From positions 34,638 to 98,637 of the forward strand of contig CAVWEW010000011.1 of the NCBI GenBank assembly GCA_963754255.1: DNA of 64,000 bases, given 5' to 3'. Position numbers and translations under genes: made by a program. The DNA is from an uncultured Actinomycetota bacterium. GTDB taxonomy: Bacteria > Actinomycetota > Acidimicrobiia > Acidimicrobiales > Bog-793. The notes under the pieces are model-generated. The model saw only the letters and a list, made by a program, of their open reading frames with translations, was not told where the DNA came from and did no database searches. This document shows positions 37,170-48,435 of this stretch, one piece after another. Position 1 is the stretch's first letter; every line of letters starts with the position of its first letter.

Positions 37170-37615
37170 GCGAACCTCCGGTTGCCCGAAGGCGGCTCGG
37201 TTGGACGCGATCGTGATGTCTGCACACAGGGCGTACCACATGCCACCTCCGAGACACCACCCGTTGACAGCCGCGATGATCGGCTTCTGGAGCCGCATGA
37301 GCGACAGGTGCTTGCTCGCCGCTGAGGTGTCGGCATCCCACCACGTCATCACGATGTCGCGCACGCTTGTCTGTCGGCCGTTGACAGCAGCATCTTCGGA
37401 GAGGTCGTACCCGGGACTGGATGCGTCCCGGTTCCGGTGAGCACGATCGCTCGAAGGGAGGGATTTGCCGACGCCGTTCGGAGCGCCTCGTGCAGCTCGC
37501 CCTACATCTCGCCGGTGAGGGCGTTGCGTTGCTCTGGTCGGTTGAAAGCGAGGATGAGAACCGTCTCGTGCGTCGACCACGACAGGGTCTTGAACACGGG
37601 GGCATCCTGCGTCAT
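37170..37615 (-). pseudogene. Enoyl-CoA hydratase/isomerase (crotonase) family pseudogene: in-frame TAG, frameshift and 3' truncation
   Basis: From ATG 37615 the product reads MTQDAPVFKTLSWSTHETVLILAFNRPEQRNALTGEM, then TAG at 37502-37504 (codon 38), then GELHEALRTASANPSLRAIVLTGTG. After a frame switch it reads ..SPGYDLSED...LQKPIIAAVNGWCLGGGMWYALCADITIASNRAAFGQPEVR. Similarity stops at about 37170, next to the IS fragment. Confidence 0.7.
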
Positions 37616-38053
37616 CGAAGTACCTGACCTTTCCTTCTTGGCAGTTACGTCCGGTTCGTTGGCGGGCAAGGACCTCCGCGGACGTCCCTTTGTCAGGCCC
37701 TTCTCGACGGCCGGAGCGCGGCGAGCGGCTCGACGTTCAGTTCAACAAGCCGTCGTTCTGCGGTCCGAAGACTACAGCCCTACGAGACCTAGTCGACGGC
37801 GTCTTCGGCGCCTAGCGAGTCGACAAGCTGTTGCTCTGCACGAGCGGCGGAACCTAGACTGCGCACTCAGCTGTCCGCCGACATGATGGCGCTGGACACA
37901 CCTGATGCGTGCAGAATTTCCGCGTACGACCCTGTCCAGCCACCAATATCCGTCGTTGAAAGTGGGTCAGGCGGTGTCGCCGAGGGAAGAAGAACATCGA
38001 GGCAAGCGGGCACATGACGCGTCGTCCTTCGGCAATTCGCCTCGCCGGAGCGT

Positions 38054-38965
38054 TTGCAAGCTGGCTCTATGAGGACGTCTGCCACGATTGGCCTCGCACA
38101 GTGGCTTCCCGAGCCAGGGAAGCCTGACGTCAACGAAGCGACTGCCGTCACAGCTCTGCTCGAGCTTGCCAAGCGAGGCTGTGACGTCGCAGTTCTTCCA
38201 GAGCTCTGGTTGTGTGGCTACCGGACATCTACTCTCGCCATCGATGCTGCGCGGGACGCTCAGACTCTGGACGGACAAGTCGGCACACAACTCGCTTCGG
38301 TCGCCGCTGACACAAGCATGATCGTGTGCGCAGGCTCCGTTCCGGAGGCGCTCGACGGCTCCCTATACAACACCTCGGTGCTGTATGACCGCTCAGGAGC
38401 GAGAGCCCTAGTTCACCGCAAAGTTCACCTCTACGGAAAGGAGAGCGAGGTCTTCGAGGCCGGCGAGACGTTTTCTACCGCCTACATTGACGAACTTGGC
38501 ATAGTCGGTATCTGCATATGCTTCGACGGAGACTTCCCTGAATCCGCCCGCACCCTTCGCGAGCAAGGAGCCAGGGTCATCTTCCACCCCTGCGCCTACG
38601 AAGCCGCGACGCAGCGATGGTGGGACGTCCTCTACCCGGCGCATGCTCTGGCCAACGGGCAGTGGTGGCTCTCTTGCAACCAGCACGGGGGTCTTGGCCA
38701 GGACAGATTTTTCGGCGGCAGCCGCGTCATCGCGCCAAACGGTGAGGTGCGGGTCGGAGCACCAGCGCTGGGTGCAGCGCCGAACATGCCCGAGCTTGTC
38801 ATCACGACGGTGTCGCTGGCGCCCGAACTGGAGACGAGCGACCGCGAAGCAGCAGCGCTGTTTGAAGCCCGTCGACCGGCGGCATACGGGCGAAGGTTCA
38901 CATCTACCTCAACAAGAAGGGGTGCCGGGGCTGACCACGCTGCCTTCGGCTGCCGTGGGTGCTGA
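38054..38965 (+). CDS. Carbon-nitrogen hydrolase (nitrilase superfamily) protein
   Basis: Glu-Lys-Cys triad context: VAVLPELWLCGY, LVHRKVHLYG, GIVGICICFDGDFPE. The start may be the Met at 38069 (MRTSATIGLAQW). Confidence 0.8.
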   Translation: MQAGSMRTSATIGLAQWLPEPGKPDVNEATAVTALLELAKRGCDVAVLPELWLCGYRTSTLAIDAARDAQTLDGQVGTQLASVAADTSMIVCAGSVPEALDGSLYNTSVLYDRSGARALVHRKVHLYGKESEVFEAGETFSTAYIDELGIVGICICFDGDFPESARTLREQGARVIFHPCAYEAATQRWWDVLYPAHALANGQWWLSCNQHGGLGQDRFFGGSRVIAPNGEVRVGAPALGAAPNMPELVITTVSLAPELETSDREAAALFEARRPAAYGRRFTSTSTRRGAGADHAAFGCRGC

Positions 38966-38996
38966 CCGGGCGCCGCGCGAGACCGCGTGAGACGCG

Positions 38997-41041
38997 TATG
39001 ACCGAGAATCTCCGCGTCGCGGTTGACGTCGGCGGGACCTTTAGCGACCTCGTCGCGGTCGGGTAAGCACGTCGCCGACGGCATTATTCGGGCGAAGGTG
39101 CCAACTACATCATCGAGCCCGGAGGAGGGGGTCCTTGCCGCCATGTCCGCGGGGGGTATCGAACCCGCCTCGATCGTCGGATTCGTCCACGGGACGACCG
39201 TGGTCATCAACACCATCACGCAGCGACATGGCGCACGGGTGGCACTCGTCACCACCGGAGGCTTCCGCGACATCCTCGTCATCGGCCGAGGAAACCGGCC
39301 CGACATGTACAACCTCACCTACCGTAAGCCGAGCCCGTTCATCCCGCGGCATTTGTCCTTCGAGGTGACAGAGCGAACCACCCACGACGGCCGCATCCTC
39401 AAGGAGCCGAGTACCCTCGATCTCGAGCGGGTGGCGACCCAGTTGCGGACTGAGCAGGTGGACGCCGTCGCGATCTGCTTTCTCCACGGGTGGGCCAACC
39501 CGACCAACGAGATGAAGGCCGAAGCGCTGCTGCGCGAGCTGTTGCCGCAGACGACGGTGGTGTCCTCCTACTCCACCAGCAGACAGTGGCGGGAGTTCGA
39601 GCGCGCTAGCAGCACGGTCCTGTCCGCCTACGTCGCTCCAGCCGTACGAAGCTATCTCAGCTCTCTCGAGTCGTCCCTTCGCTCCCTTGGGTCGTCCGGG
39701 CCAATTCCCGCGATGCGCTCCAACGGCGGTGTGAGCTCGTTCGCGTCGGCGGCTGGTCAGCCGATCAGCCTGCTCGAGTCCGGTCCCGCTGCAGGCGTCG
39801 CGGCGGCGGCGGCGCTTGGGCGCAGACTCGGCGCTCGACATATCCTCACCCTCGACATCGGTGGGACGACTGCGAAGACTTCCGCCGTTCGCGATGGCAA
39901 CGTACGCATCAAGCCGCTCCACCACATCGAGGCGTCTCCTCGAAGTGCTGGGTATCCGGTGCAGGGGGCCATCGTGGACATTGTCGAGATCGGCGCCGGC
40001 GGCGGATCGATCGCCACCCTCGACACCGCCGGCGGCCTCCACGTCGGGCCCGCCAGCGCCGGATCGGTGCCGGGCCCCGCGTGCGACGGCCGAGGCGGGT
40101 TGCTGCCGACGGTGACCGACGCCAACCTCGCAGCCGGCCGAGTCGACCCGGCGTTCTTCCTGGGCGGGGAGATGGGTCTCGATACGCGGGAGGCAGAGGC
40201 CGCTCTCGCGAGGCTCGGGAGCCGCCTCGGGATCGATGCGAGGCAGGCTGCGAGGGGAGTGCTTCGGGTTGGCGTGGCATTGATGGCGAACGCGCTGAGG
40301 CTCGTGACTCTGCAGCGGGGCCACGACCCGCGCGACTTCACTTTTGTGGCATTCGGAGGCGCAGGACCGCTGCATGCGACGCTGCTCGCTCGAGAACTCG
40401 GCATCAAGCAGGCCATCGTCCCGCCGTGCCCGGGTCACTTTTCGGCCTACGGAATGCTAGAAGGGGAGCGCAAAGCAGACGCGATCCACACACACGTCAG
40501 CTCCTTGGCGTCGTTCGCTCTCCTGCCGGCTCTTGCGGAGGCGGAGCAAGAGGCACGCGAAGAGCTCGGCGAGCCCGGGTCGCCCTCGACAGTGCAGCGC
40601 TCTCTCGACCTTCGCTATGCGGGCCAGGAGCACACGATCGAAGTTCCGGTGCCCGTCGGCGTCATCGACAACGGCACGATCGCAGCACTCAAAGCTGCAT
40701 TCGACCTTCGCTCCATGGAGGAGTTCGGGTTCAGCCTCGACACGCCTGTCGAGGTCGTGGCCGTGCGAGCCAGCGCCCGTCTCCCGGCTGACGAGCTTCC
40801 TCCCCCCGCGAGTGCCGGCTGCGGCTGCGGTGGGCGCGAACCAGAGCCGCGGGCCGTTGACTTCGACGTCCACGGCGGCCTTCGCGTTGTTGATGTCCGC
40901 GACCGGTGCAGCCTTTCGCCGGGCGAGAGCGTGAACGGTCCATGCGTGATCGAAGAGACCGCAGCCACGACGCTGGTGCTCCCGGGCCAGGTGGTGCGCT
41001 GTGATCACTTCTGGAACCTACGTGTCGAGGAGTCGGCATGA
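38997..41041 (+). pseudogene. hyuA: Hydantoinase A / 5-oxoprolinase-type ATP-dependent hydrolase subunit A, frameshifted near 39058-39066
   Basis: ATG 38997 gives MTENLRVAVDVGGTFSDLVAVG*, the canonical HyuA N-terminus. Track ORF 39023..41041 continues in another frame as ..KVPTTSSSPEEGVLAAM...FVHGTTVVINTITQRHGARVALVTTGGFRDILVIGR. Confidence 0.85.
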
Positions 41042-42724
41042 ACAGCGTCGACCAGTTCGACCTCGATGTGCTCCGTGAGGCCTTTCTCGCGACCTCCGAC
41101 GAGATGTTCGTCGCGATGCAGCGAGCTTCTCAGAGCCCGCTCATCTACGAGGTACTCGACTTCGCCGTGGGACTGACCGACCGTCACGGGGAGCTGGTGT
41201 CGCAGGGCAACGGCGTAGCGGGGTTCCTTGGGCCGCTTGGTGACGCCGTTCGGGACACCCTAAAACGTGTCCATGACCTGGCCCCCGGTGACATCGTCGC
41301 AACGAACGACCCGTTCGCTGGTGGTGGCACTCACCTATCGGACGTCGCACTTGTGCGGCCGCTGTTCGAAGGGGCGAGGTTGATGGGGTTCGCAGTCTGC
41401 AAGGGCCACTGGACAGAACTCGGGGGAAAGGATCCTGGCTCGTGGAGCGCTGACTCGACCGAAGTCTTCCAGGAGGGTCTTCAGCTTCCCTTTGTGAAAG
41501 TGGTGCGTCGGGGGACTGCCGATCGGGACCTCCTCGAGATCGCTTCGCGCCAACAGCCGGTTGCCCGACCAGACGGTTGGCGACCTATTGGCGGCCACGG
41601 CGTCATTGGAAGTCTGCGCGAGGCGGGTCGCCGAGCTGTGCGGCAGGTTCGGCTCCGAACTCGTCGAGGCAGCGATGTCTGACGCGCTCCGCAGGGGCGA
41701 GCAAATGGCTCGAGCCGCCCTGGCCGACCTGCCGCACGGCGTGTTCGAGGCGGAGGACTTCCTTGACGACGACGGGCTCGGCAGCGGACCTCTCCTGGTA
41801 CGAGTCAAAGTCGAGCTCTCGTCGACGGGCATGGTCTGTGACTTCACAGGGAGTCACGCCCAAGCACTCGGCCCTGTCAACTGCACGGCAAGCGCCCTCA
41901 GCTCAGGTGTGCGCTCCGTCTTCAAGGCCATCACCGGGGCGTCGGTTCCCGCGAGCGACGGCTGGTTTCGACCTTTGCGGATCGTGTGCCCGGCCGGCAC
42001 CGTCTTCAGCGCACAGCGTCCGGCCGCGGTGGGTGCCTTCTTTGAGGCTGAGGAGATGGCGACTGACCTCGTGTGGAAGGCGCTCGCCGAGGTGCTGCCG
42101 GACGTACTCGGCGCCGGCAGCTTTCTCTCGGTGTGCTCGACATCGATAACCTTGGTTGACGGCGATGGTGCCGGCACGATGCTCGTGGAACCCCAAGCTG
42201 GAGGGTGGGGCGCGAGTCCCTCCGAGGACGGTGAGAGCGCCCTCGTCTCTGTCGGCGATGGCGAGACTTACCTGATGCCCGTCGAGGTCCTCGAGCAGCG
42301 CTTTCCGTTGATGGTAGAGCGGTTCGGTCTCGACATCGTCGAGGGCGCCGGGGCGGGTCGCTACCGGGGCGGCCGCGGCGTTGCGCGAGAATACCGTGTG
42401 GTCGCCGCTTCTGGCTTGCTGACGACGGTCTTCGGTCGGCATCGCTTCCCTCCCTGGGCCACCTCGGGGGGACGTCCGGGCTCTACGAACTACGTCGAGG
42501 TGTGTCCGAAGCAGGGAGCGCCACTCAAGTTCGGCTCAGCAACACGGGTTCCACTTCACGAAGGAGATCTGGTCCGGCTCGTCACCGGTACAGGTGGTGG
42601 CAGCGGAGACCCGATGGCCCGCGATATCTCGCTCATCCGGCGGGATTTGCGAGACGCCGTCGTGACCGACTGGGAGGCCAGCGAAATCTACGGAATTGAC
42701 CGTCCGCGGAACAGCACGGAGTGA
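41038..42724 (+). pseudogene. hyuB: Hydantoinase B / oxoprolinase subunit B, frameshifted near 41540
   Basis: An ATGA overlap links it to hyuA. ORF 41038..41682 (..NDPFAGGGTHLSDVALVRPLF...DRDLLEI) and ORF 41561..42724 (LRANSRLPDQTVGDLLAATASLEV..., ending ..TGTGGGSGDP) are colinear with HyuB across a 1-nt shift. Confidence 0.85.
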
Positions 42725-43245
42725 GCTGTCTCCTCGATGCCTCGACACGCCGGAGTTCGCTCACATTGACCGATGCCGCAGTCTCGACGAGCCGGCTGCG
42801 AATCGGAAACTCGAGCCTCCTGAGTCGCCATAAGGCACTGCTGAAAACCACCATGGGCAAAGCAGATGCCGCGCTGGCGCAGGTCGTCGACAGCATAAAG
42901 ACATCTAAGGCCGGGTCCCCCTTCGTCGCAGTCGGCGGCGGCAGTCCGTTCGTCCCACCTAGCCTTCCCGGAATAATCGAGGCCGCTCGTCCTGGCCACT
43001 TCGAGGTGGCGAACGCCATAGGTACTGCCGTCGCCAAGGTAGGAGGCCAGGCCGACCGCATCGTTTATTTCGGCGTCGGCAACCGGCAAGAGGTGCTCGC
43101 GGAGGTGACGGACGAGCCGTGTGGACCAGACGTCGTCGCCGGAGCTGACCAGAGCACCGTCGAGATGGTGACGCTCGAGGAGACTCCGCTTGCCTACCGC
43201 ACGACCCCTAGCGTCCGTGTCCAGGCCACGGCCTTGGTGACTTGA
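42721..43245 (+). CDS. Short hydantoinase/oxoprolinase-family-like protein (appears to correspond only to the C-terminal ~130 aa of longer family members)
   Basis: A GTGA overlap links it to the hyuB stop. SPFVAVGGGSPFVPPSLPG...HFEVANAIGTAVAKVGGQADRIV resembles the ..AVGGGS...VANAIGAA.. segment of about 500-aa hydantoinase-family proteins. No N-terminal ATPase half is present. Confidence 0.4.
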   Translation: MSCLLDASTRRSSLTLTDAAVSTSRLRIGNSSLLSRHKALLKTTMGKADAALAQVVDSIKTSKAGSPFVAVGGGSPFVPPSLPGIIEAARPGHFEVANAIGTAVAKVGGQADRIVYFGVGNRQEVLAEVTDEPCGPDVVAGADQSTVEMVTLEETPLAYRTTPSVRVQATALVT

Positions 43246-43261
43246 GAGGAGCAGATATTCG

Positions 43262-45386
43262 ATGAAGCAGGTCACGATCGACCGACTTGCTCCGGTGCTT
43301 CAACCGCGTCATGTCGCAGTGCTCGGGGCCTCGAGCCAGCGTCACACACTCGGCAACCAGGTCCTGCAGAACTTTACGCAGGAGGGCTATCCCGGCTTGG
43401 TCACCGCCGTCAACGAGCGAGTCGAAAGCCTGGAGGGGCGGCCGACCGTGCCGTCCATCGAGGACCTGGAGCGCGGTCTCGACGTTGCCATGGTCTGCAT
43501 CGCGGCACCGTCGTTGCCCGATGTGCTCGTGAGGCTCGACGCCATTGGATGCCGATCGGCTGTCGTGCCGACGGCGGGCTTCAGCCCGGCGCAATACGAG
43601 GCGCTGAGAGAGGCATGTCGTTCGATCGACATGACAGTCACAGGACCGAACTGCCTCGGCATTCTGAGCCTGGCCGACTCCGCTCCCCTGTGGACCGCGA
43701 GGTATCGAACGACGGTTCCTCGCGGCGGCGTCGGTCTCGTCGCTCAGTCCGGATCGGCGGCTATCTCGATCATGAGTTCGCTCGGGCTCGGCTTCTCGAG
43801 AATCATCTCGAGCGGGAGCGAGCTCGAAGTTAACTCCGCCGACTACATCCGTTGGCTCGTCGACGACCCGGCGACAAGCTGTATCGGCCTCATAATCGAA
43901 TCCATCAAGTCACCTGACGAGTTCGCCGCTGCCGTTGCCGATGCGCAGCAAGCGGACAAGCAAATCGTCGCCCTGAAGGTGGGCCGGTCGGTGATCGGCT
44001 CCCTGGCGGCCCAGGCACATACGGGTGCGTTGGTAAGCGATTACGACGCCTATGTCGCCTTCTTCGCACGCATCGGCGTCGCCACCGTCCTCGACTACGA
44101 CGAGATGGTCGCGACGCTGCAGTGCCTCTCTAACGACAGGCTCCCAAGGTCGCCCGGCGGCCGCATCGGAATCGTCGGGATCTCCGGCGGCCAGACTGCA
44201 CTCGCCTGCGACTTGGCCAGCGAGGCCGGAGCCGAACTTGCCGAGTTCGCTCCGGCGACGATCAGCCGCGTCGAGGCCGCTCTTCCCGACGCGCCAGGAA
44301 GCAACCCTGTCGACATCGGAGCGAGCGTCGGCTTCGAACGGCGCAGGCCGGACGAGGCGCTGCAGGCCGTGCTCGACGATCCGGGCGTAGATTCTGTCCT
44401 CGTCATCCAGGACGCGCAGAGCACGCTTCCGCTCGATTCGAGTCACATGTACATCACGCAGGTACGCACCGTCGAACGGGTGAGCCGGACTAGCAAGAAG
44501 CCCATCGTCATCGCGTCGAGCTCGGCGGGAGAAACCCATCCCATGCTCGAGGAGCTCGTGGAGAACGCGGCGACGCCCCTCATCCGAGGGCTTCGCCCCG
44601 CACTGGTCGCACTGCGAAACCTGGCGGTTCGCGCGGCCGTACCGAAGGACCCGCAGCCCTCGGCGCGGTTCCCCGATCTCGAGCGGCAAGTTGCAGAGCA
44701 CCGTGGGCCCCTTCCTTACCCGCTCGTGCGGTCCCTTCTCGCCGCGTACGAGATTCCCTTCGTTCGGTCCACTCTCGCCAGGGACAGGGCCGAAGCGATG
44801 GCCTCGGCGGCCGACATCGGCTATCCGCTGGTGGTGAAGGTCGCTTCGACCGACATCCCGCACCGGCTCGAGGTCGGCGGCATCGTGAGCGACGTGCAGG
44901 ATGCCTCCTCGCTCGAAGTCGCTCTCGAACAGATCGGCGGCAATCTCGCTCGCGCCGCGCCTGAAGCCCGGCTCGATGGGTACGAGCTGCAGGAATACAT
45001 CCCGCGGGCGGTCGAGAGCATCGTCGGCTTCGCAACCGCGCCGCCGTTCGGACCGATGATGGTCGTCGGGACGGGAGGCTCGTTTGTCGAGCTGATCGGT
45101 GACCGCTCTGCCGATCTCGCGCCACTCGAGATCTCGCAGGCCACCGATATGATTCGCAGAACAGCCCTCGAAAAGAATCCTTGGGGGCTACCGAGGCAAG
45201 GTCGCCGAGACCAGCCTCGAGGGCCTGGCAGACACGCTGTGCAAATTCTCACTGCTGGCCAATGATTTTCGCGCCCTCATCTGCGAGGGAGATCTCAACC
45301 CCGCTCTGGTCGAGGTCGGAACAGGACGGGTGGTTGTCGTCGACGCGCTCCTGATCGTCAGTGGCCGCTTACGTAGTGACGGTTAA
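43262..45386 (+). pseudogene. ADP-forming acyl-CoA synthetase (CoA-binding + succinyl-CoA-ligase-like + ATP-grasp domains), frameshifted near 45176
   Basis: VAVLGASSQRHTLGNQVLQN...TGPNCLGI...VGLVAQSGSAA...AHTGAL, then a C-terminal ATP-grasp part (IGYPLVVKVAS.DIPHRLEVGGI). The track ORF ends in junk (..EKNPWGLPRQGRRDQ). Shifting one base after gaaaag gives ..EKILGGYRGKVAETSLEGLADTLCKFSLLANDF...GDLNPALV... with a stop at 45384-45386. Confidence 0.8.
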
Positions 45387-45411
45387 CTGGAGAGTCAGGG
45401 CCCGCGGTACC

Positions 45412-46386
45412 TTATCGCTCGCGCAAGCGGGCATCGAGGACATTGCGCAGCGCATCGCCGAGAAGGTTGAAGGCGATAACAGTGATGACCACGATGATGC
45501 CGGCGGGGTAGATCTCCCACCAGTAGCCGTTGTACATGTTGTTGAGGCCCTCTGACAGGATTCCACCCCACGACGCCGACGGCGGAGGGAGCCCGAACCC
45601 GAGAAACGAGAGGTAGGCCAACAGCAGGACCGCATCTGCCACCTGGAATGTGGCGTTCACGACGATCACGCCGATGGCGTTCGGCACGATGTGGCGCCTC
45701 AGAATCCAGGGCTGTCGTGCGCCGAAGCCACGGGCCGCCTCGACGAAGGACAGGGTCCTGATCGACAGGCTCTCGCCCCTGACGAGTCTGGCCGGGACCA
45801 GCCATGAGATGAGAGCGATCACGCCGATGAGATCTAAGAGGTTGGGCCGCACTGCACTGGCAAGGAAGATGACGATGAAGAGGCCCGGAATGGCGAGGAG
45901 GACATCGACGACGCGCATCATCACCGAATCCACGACACCACCGGTCAGAGCTGCAAGTGATCCCCATACAGCGCCGAGGGTGGTGGCTAACACGGCGACG
46001 GAAAGGCCGATCTCCATCGACGATTGACCGCCCGCCATGAGCCGGCCAAGCAAGTCGTAGCCGAGATCATCCGTTCCGAGGAGGTGCTTGGAGCTCGGAG
46101 GGAGGTTGATTGCCGTCAGATGCGTGTGAACCTGGTCCGTCCGATAGAAAATCGGCCCGACGAAGCAAAAGAGCAGGACGAAGACGACTAGTACGAGCCC
46201 GGTGAGTGCGGACTTGTCGCTCCAGAAGTAGCTCGTAAGTCGCCGTAAGAGCCCAGGCGAGGATGCCGCGTCTTTCCTTGGCTGCCACCTGGGCTTATCG
46301 GCCGCGCCGGCCATGGTGGAAAAAGATTTTGAGGCGGCGGCGTCGGCCCCTGGGCCATTGCCTTTCGATCTCACGCCGTCACTCAT
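45412..46386 (-). CDS. Peptide-type ABC transporter permease (DppC/OppC type)
   Basis: MSDGVRSK... starts at 46386 and overlaps the upstream permease stop by 8 nt. Motifs include LLGTDDLGYDLLGRLMAGGQSS and the EAA loop FVEAARGFGARQPWILRRHIVPN. Confidence 0.8.
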   Translation of the reverse strand: MSDGVRSKGNGPGADAAASKSFSTMAGAADKPRWQPRKDAASSPGLLRRLTSYFWSDKSALTGLVLVVFVLLFCFVGPIFYRTDQVHTHLTAINLPPSSKHLLGTDDLGYDLLGRLMAGGQSSMEIGLSVAVLATTLGAVWGSLAALTGGVVDSVMMRVVDVLLAIPGLFIVIFLASAVRPNLLDLIGVIALISWLVPARLVRGESLSIRTLSFVEAARGFGARQPWILRRHIVPNAIGVIVVNATFQVADAVLLLAYLSFLGFGLPPPSASWGGILSEGLNNMYNGYWWEIYPAGIIVVITVIAFNLLGDALRNVLDARLRER

Positions 46387-47320
46387 ATCGGATACGCGGG
46401 TCAAGGATCGCGTAGGCGAGGTCGGCCATAAGGCTGCCCAAGACGGTGGCAACGCCGACTATCACGATGATGCCGAGCTCGAGTGGGTAGTCGTCGGTCA
46501 CCGCCGCGTTGTAGAAAGTGAGTCCGGTTCCCGGATAGTTGAAGACGTACTCGACCACGACCCCCCACGTGAGGACGGCGGGAAGCGAGAGCCCGATGAG
46601 CGTGACGATGGCGCCAAGCGAGTTCCGCAGTGTGTGGCGTGTCAACACCCTCAGCCGTGATGCCCCCTTCGCTCGGGCTGTCCGGATGTAGTCAGAGGCC
46701 AGCGTATCGATGGCCGAAGATCTCATGTAGCGACTGAACAAGGCATAACTGACGAGCGCGATCGTGGCGATGGGAAGTACAAGCCCCCGCGGATCACCGA
46801 GACTGTTGCTCTGAGGCGCCTGGGCGGGAAAGAGCGAGGAGTTCACAGCGAGCAACTGGATGAGCAGGAGTCCGAGCCAGAACGACGGCATCGAGTACAG
46901 GAGGAACGATACTGACGTGGCAGTGTGGTCGAATATCTTTCCTTGGCGAGACGCCTGAGCGATGCCAAGCGGCACCGCTATCACCACGGCCAAGGCAAGC
47001 GCCACTCCGACGAGGAGAAGATCATTGGGCAGATCTCTCGCGAGTATCGAGTCGACCGATTGGTTCAGCTTGTACGAGTATCCGAGGTTTCCATGGAGGA
47101 GCTGCCAGAGGAAGCTCCAGTACTGAGTGGGAAGGGACTTGTTGAGGCCGTACTGGGCCACGAATGCCTTGATGCTCAGGGGATTCGCCCGGGGCCCGAG
47201 CATGGACCTCGCAAGCGTGGTGCCACTAGCTACGGCGTGCTGCAAGATGAACGTCACGACGGTGACGCCGAGGATGACGATGATTGCATGCACCACGCGG
47301 CGGACGAGGTAGGCGAGCAT
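46379..47320 (-). CDS. Peptide-type ABC transporter permease (DppB/OppB type)
   Basis: MLAYLVRRVVHAIIVILGVTVVTFIL... plus the EAA loop YIRTARAKGASRLRVLTRHTLRN. Confidence 0.85.
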   Translation of the reverse strand: MLAYLVRRVVHAIIVILGVTVVTFILQHAVASGTTLARSMLGPRANPLSIKAFVAQYGLNKSLPTQYWSFLWQLLHGNLGYSYKLNQSVDSILARDLPNDLLLVGVALALAVVIAVPLGIAQASRQGKIFDHTATSVSFLLYSMPSFWLGLLLIQLLAVNSSLFPAQAPQSNSLGDPRGLVLPIATIALVSYALFSRYMRSSAIDTLASDYIRTARAKGASRLRVLTRHTLRNSLGAIVTLIGLSLPAVLTWGVVVEYVFNYPGTGLTFYNAAVTDDYPLELGIIVIVGVATVLGSLMADLAYAILDPRIRYE

Positions 47321-47446
47321 TAGCCGTCACACATAGAACTACCCGTAGCCGAACACAAGGCCGATCGGCCACCCGCTGGTCGATCTCGGCTACCAACTCG
47401 GCTCTGGTCGCCGGCCGATCGGGTGTACGGCCGCGCCACGCAAGCC

Positions 47447-48391
47447 CTAGCTCATTCCGAGGAAGCGACAGGCGTTGCCGTACAACCACTTTTCCTTGAC
47501 TGCGTCCTTCAGAGGCAGCGCGAGATACTCCTCGATGGCCTCTTCCATGGTCATGCCGAGGAGCGTCCAAGAGAGAGCTACCATGATCTTGTCCTGAAGA
47601 AGTGTATTGCCGAATTGCAAAAACTGCTCCCAACCGGAGCCCCTCGTGGCGAAGTGCCGGGGCCGGTGCGCGGCGGTATCGCAATACAGGTTGGGATGAC
47701 GACGTAGTAGCCCAACCATCTCGCTCACCCACGGCCAACCTGCGAGTCCTGCGATCATCCGCAGCTCCGGGAAGTCAATTGCGACTCGATCGAGCTCTCT
47801 CGGATGACCAAGATCGTAAGGTCGATCGTTGGCGTACGTCATCGCGGTGTAAATTCGCACGGGAATGTCGAGCTCGACACATTTGGCATAGAGCGGGTAG
47901 TACCGGGCGTCGCCGGCTCTCACCTGATCATAGAGCGACGCGACGCTGAGGCCGGAGAAGCCCTCCTCGCGGACCAGCCGCTCGAGTTCGCGCACAGCCC
48001 TCATGCCGTCGAACGCACTCAGGTGGGCGAAGCCTAGGACCCGCGAGGGAAACAATCGGATGACCTCGCTGGTGATGGCGTTAGAACCGGTGGACAACAC
48101 GCACTTCGTGACGTTCGCCTTGTCCATGAGACTGACCATCTCCGCGGCACGTTCGGCGATGGGCCTCGTATCCTCGTCAACCTCGCCACGGGAGGAGAAG
48201 ATCGTCGAGTAGTTCGGGAAGCCATATCCCTCCGGCATGGGCAACCGGTCAGGCCCTGCCGGCCCTACCACCTCCACGTACGGTGAAGGGGTTCGCCCAG
48301 GCAGATACCCTTCCAAGTCGAAGACTTGCATGCCCAATCCTCCCGTCATATCAATACTCTCGAAGATGCTCGCCCCGTCAGCCACGAGCAC
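47447..48391 (-). CDS. Amidohydrolase-2 (TIM-barrel) family protein, apparently without the usual metal ligands
   Basis: It is colinear with PF04909-type proteins as I remember them (..LMDKANVTKCVLS...FPSRVLGFAHL...YYPLYAKCVELDIPV...FPELRMIAG.AGWPW...HPNLYCDT...NACRFLG). The start may be the internal Met at 48331 (MQVFDLEGY). Confidence 0.65.
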   Translation of the reverse strand: MLVADGASIFESIDMTGGLGMQVFDLEGYLPGRTPSPYVEVVGPAGPDRLPMPEGYGFPNYSTIFSSRGEVDEDTRPIAERAAEMVSLMDKANVTKCVLSTGSNAITSEVIRLFPSRVLGFAHLSAFDGMRAVRELERLVREEGFSGLSVASLYDQVRAGDARYYPLYAKCVELDIPVRIYTAMTYANDRPYDLGHPRELDRVAIDFPELRMIAGLAGWPWVSEMVGLLRRHPNLYCDTAAHRPRHFATRGSGWEQFLQFGNTLLQDKIMVALSWTLLGMTMEEAIEEYLALPLKDAVKEKWLYGNACRFLGMS

Positions 48392-48435
48392 GGGCCGTCG
48401 CTAGCAACGGTCGCGACGACGTTCCCTCAGCAAAA

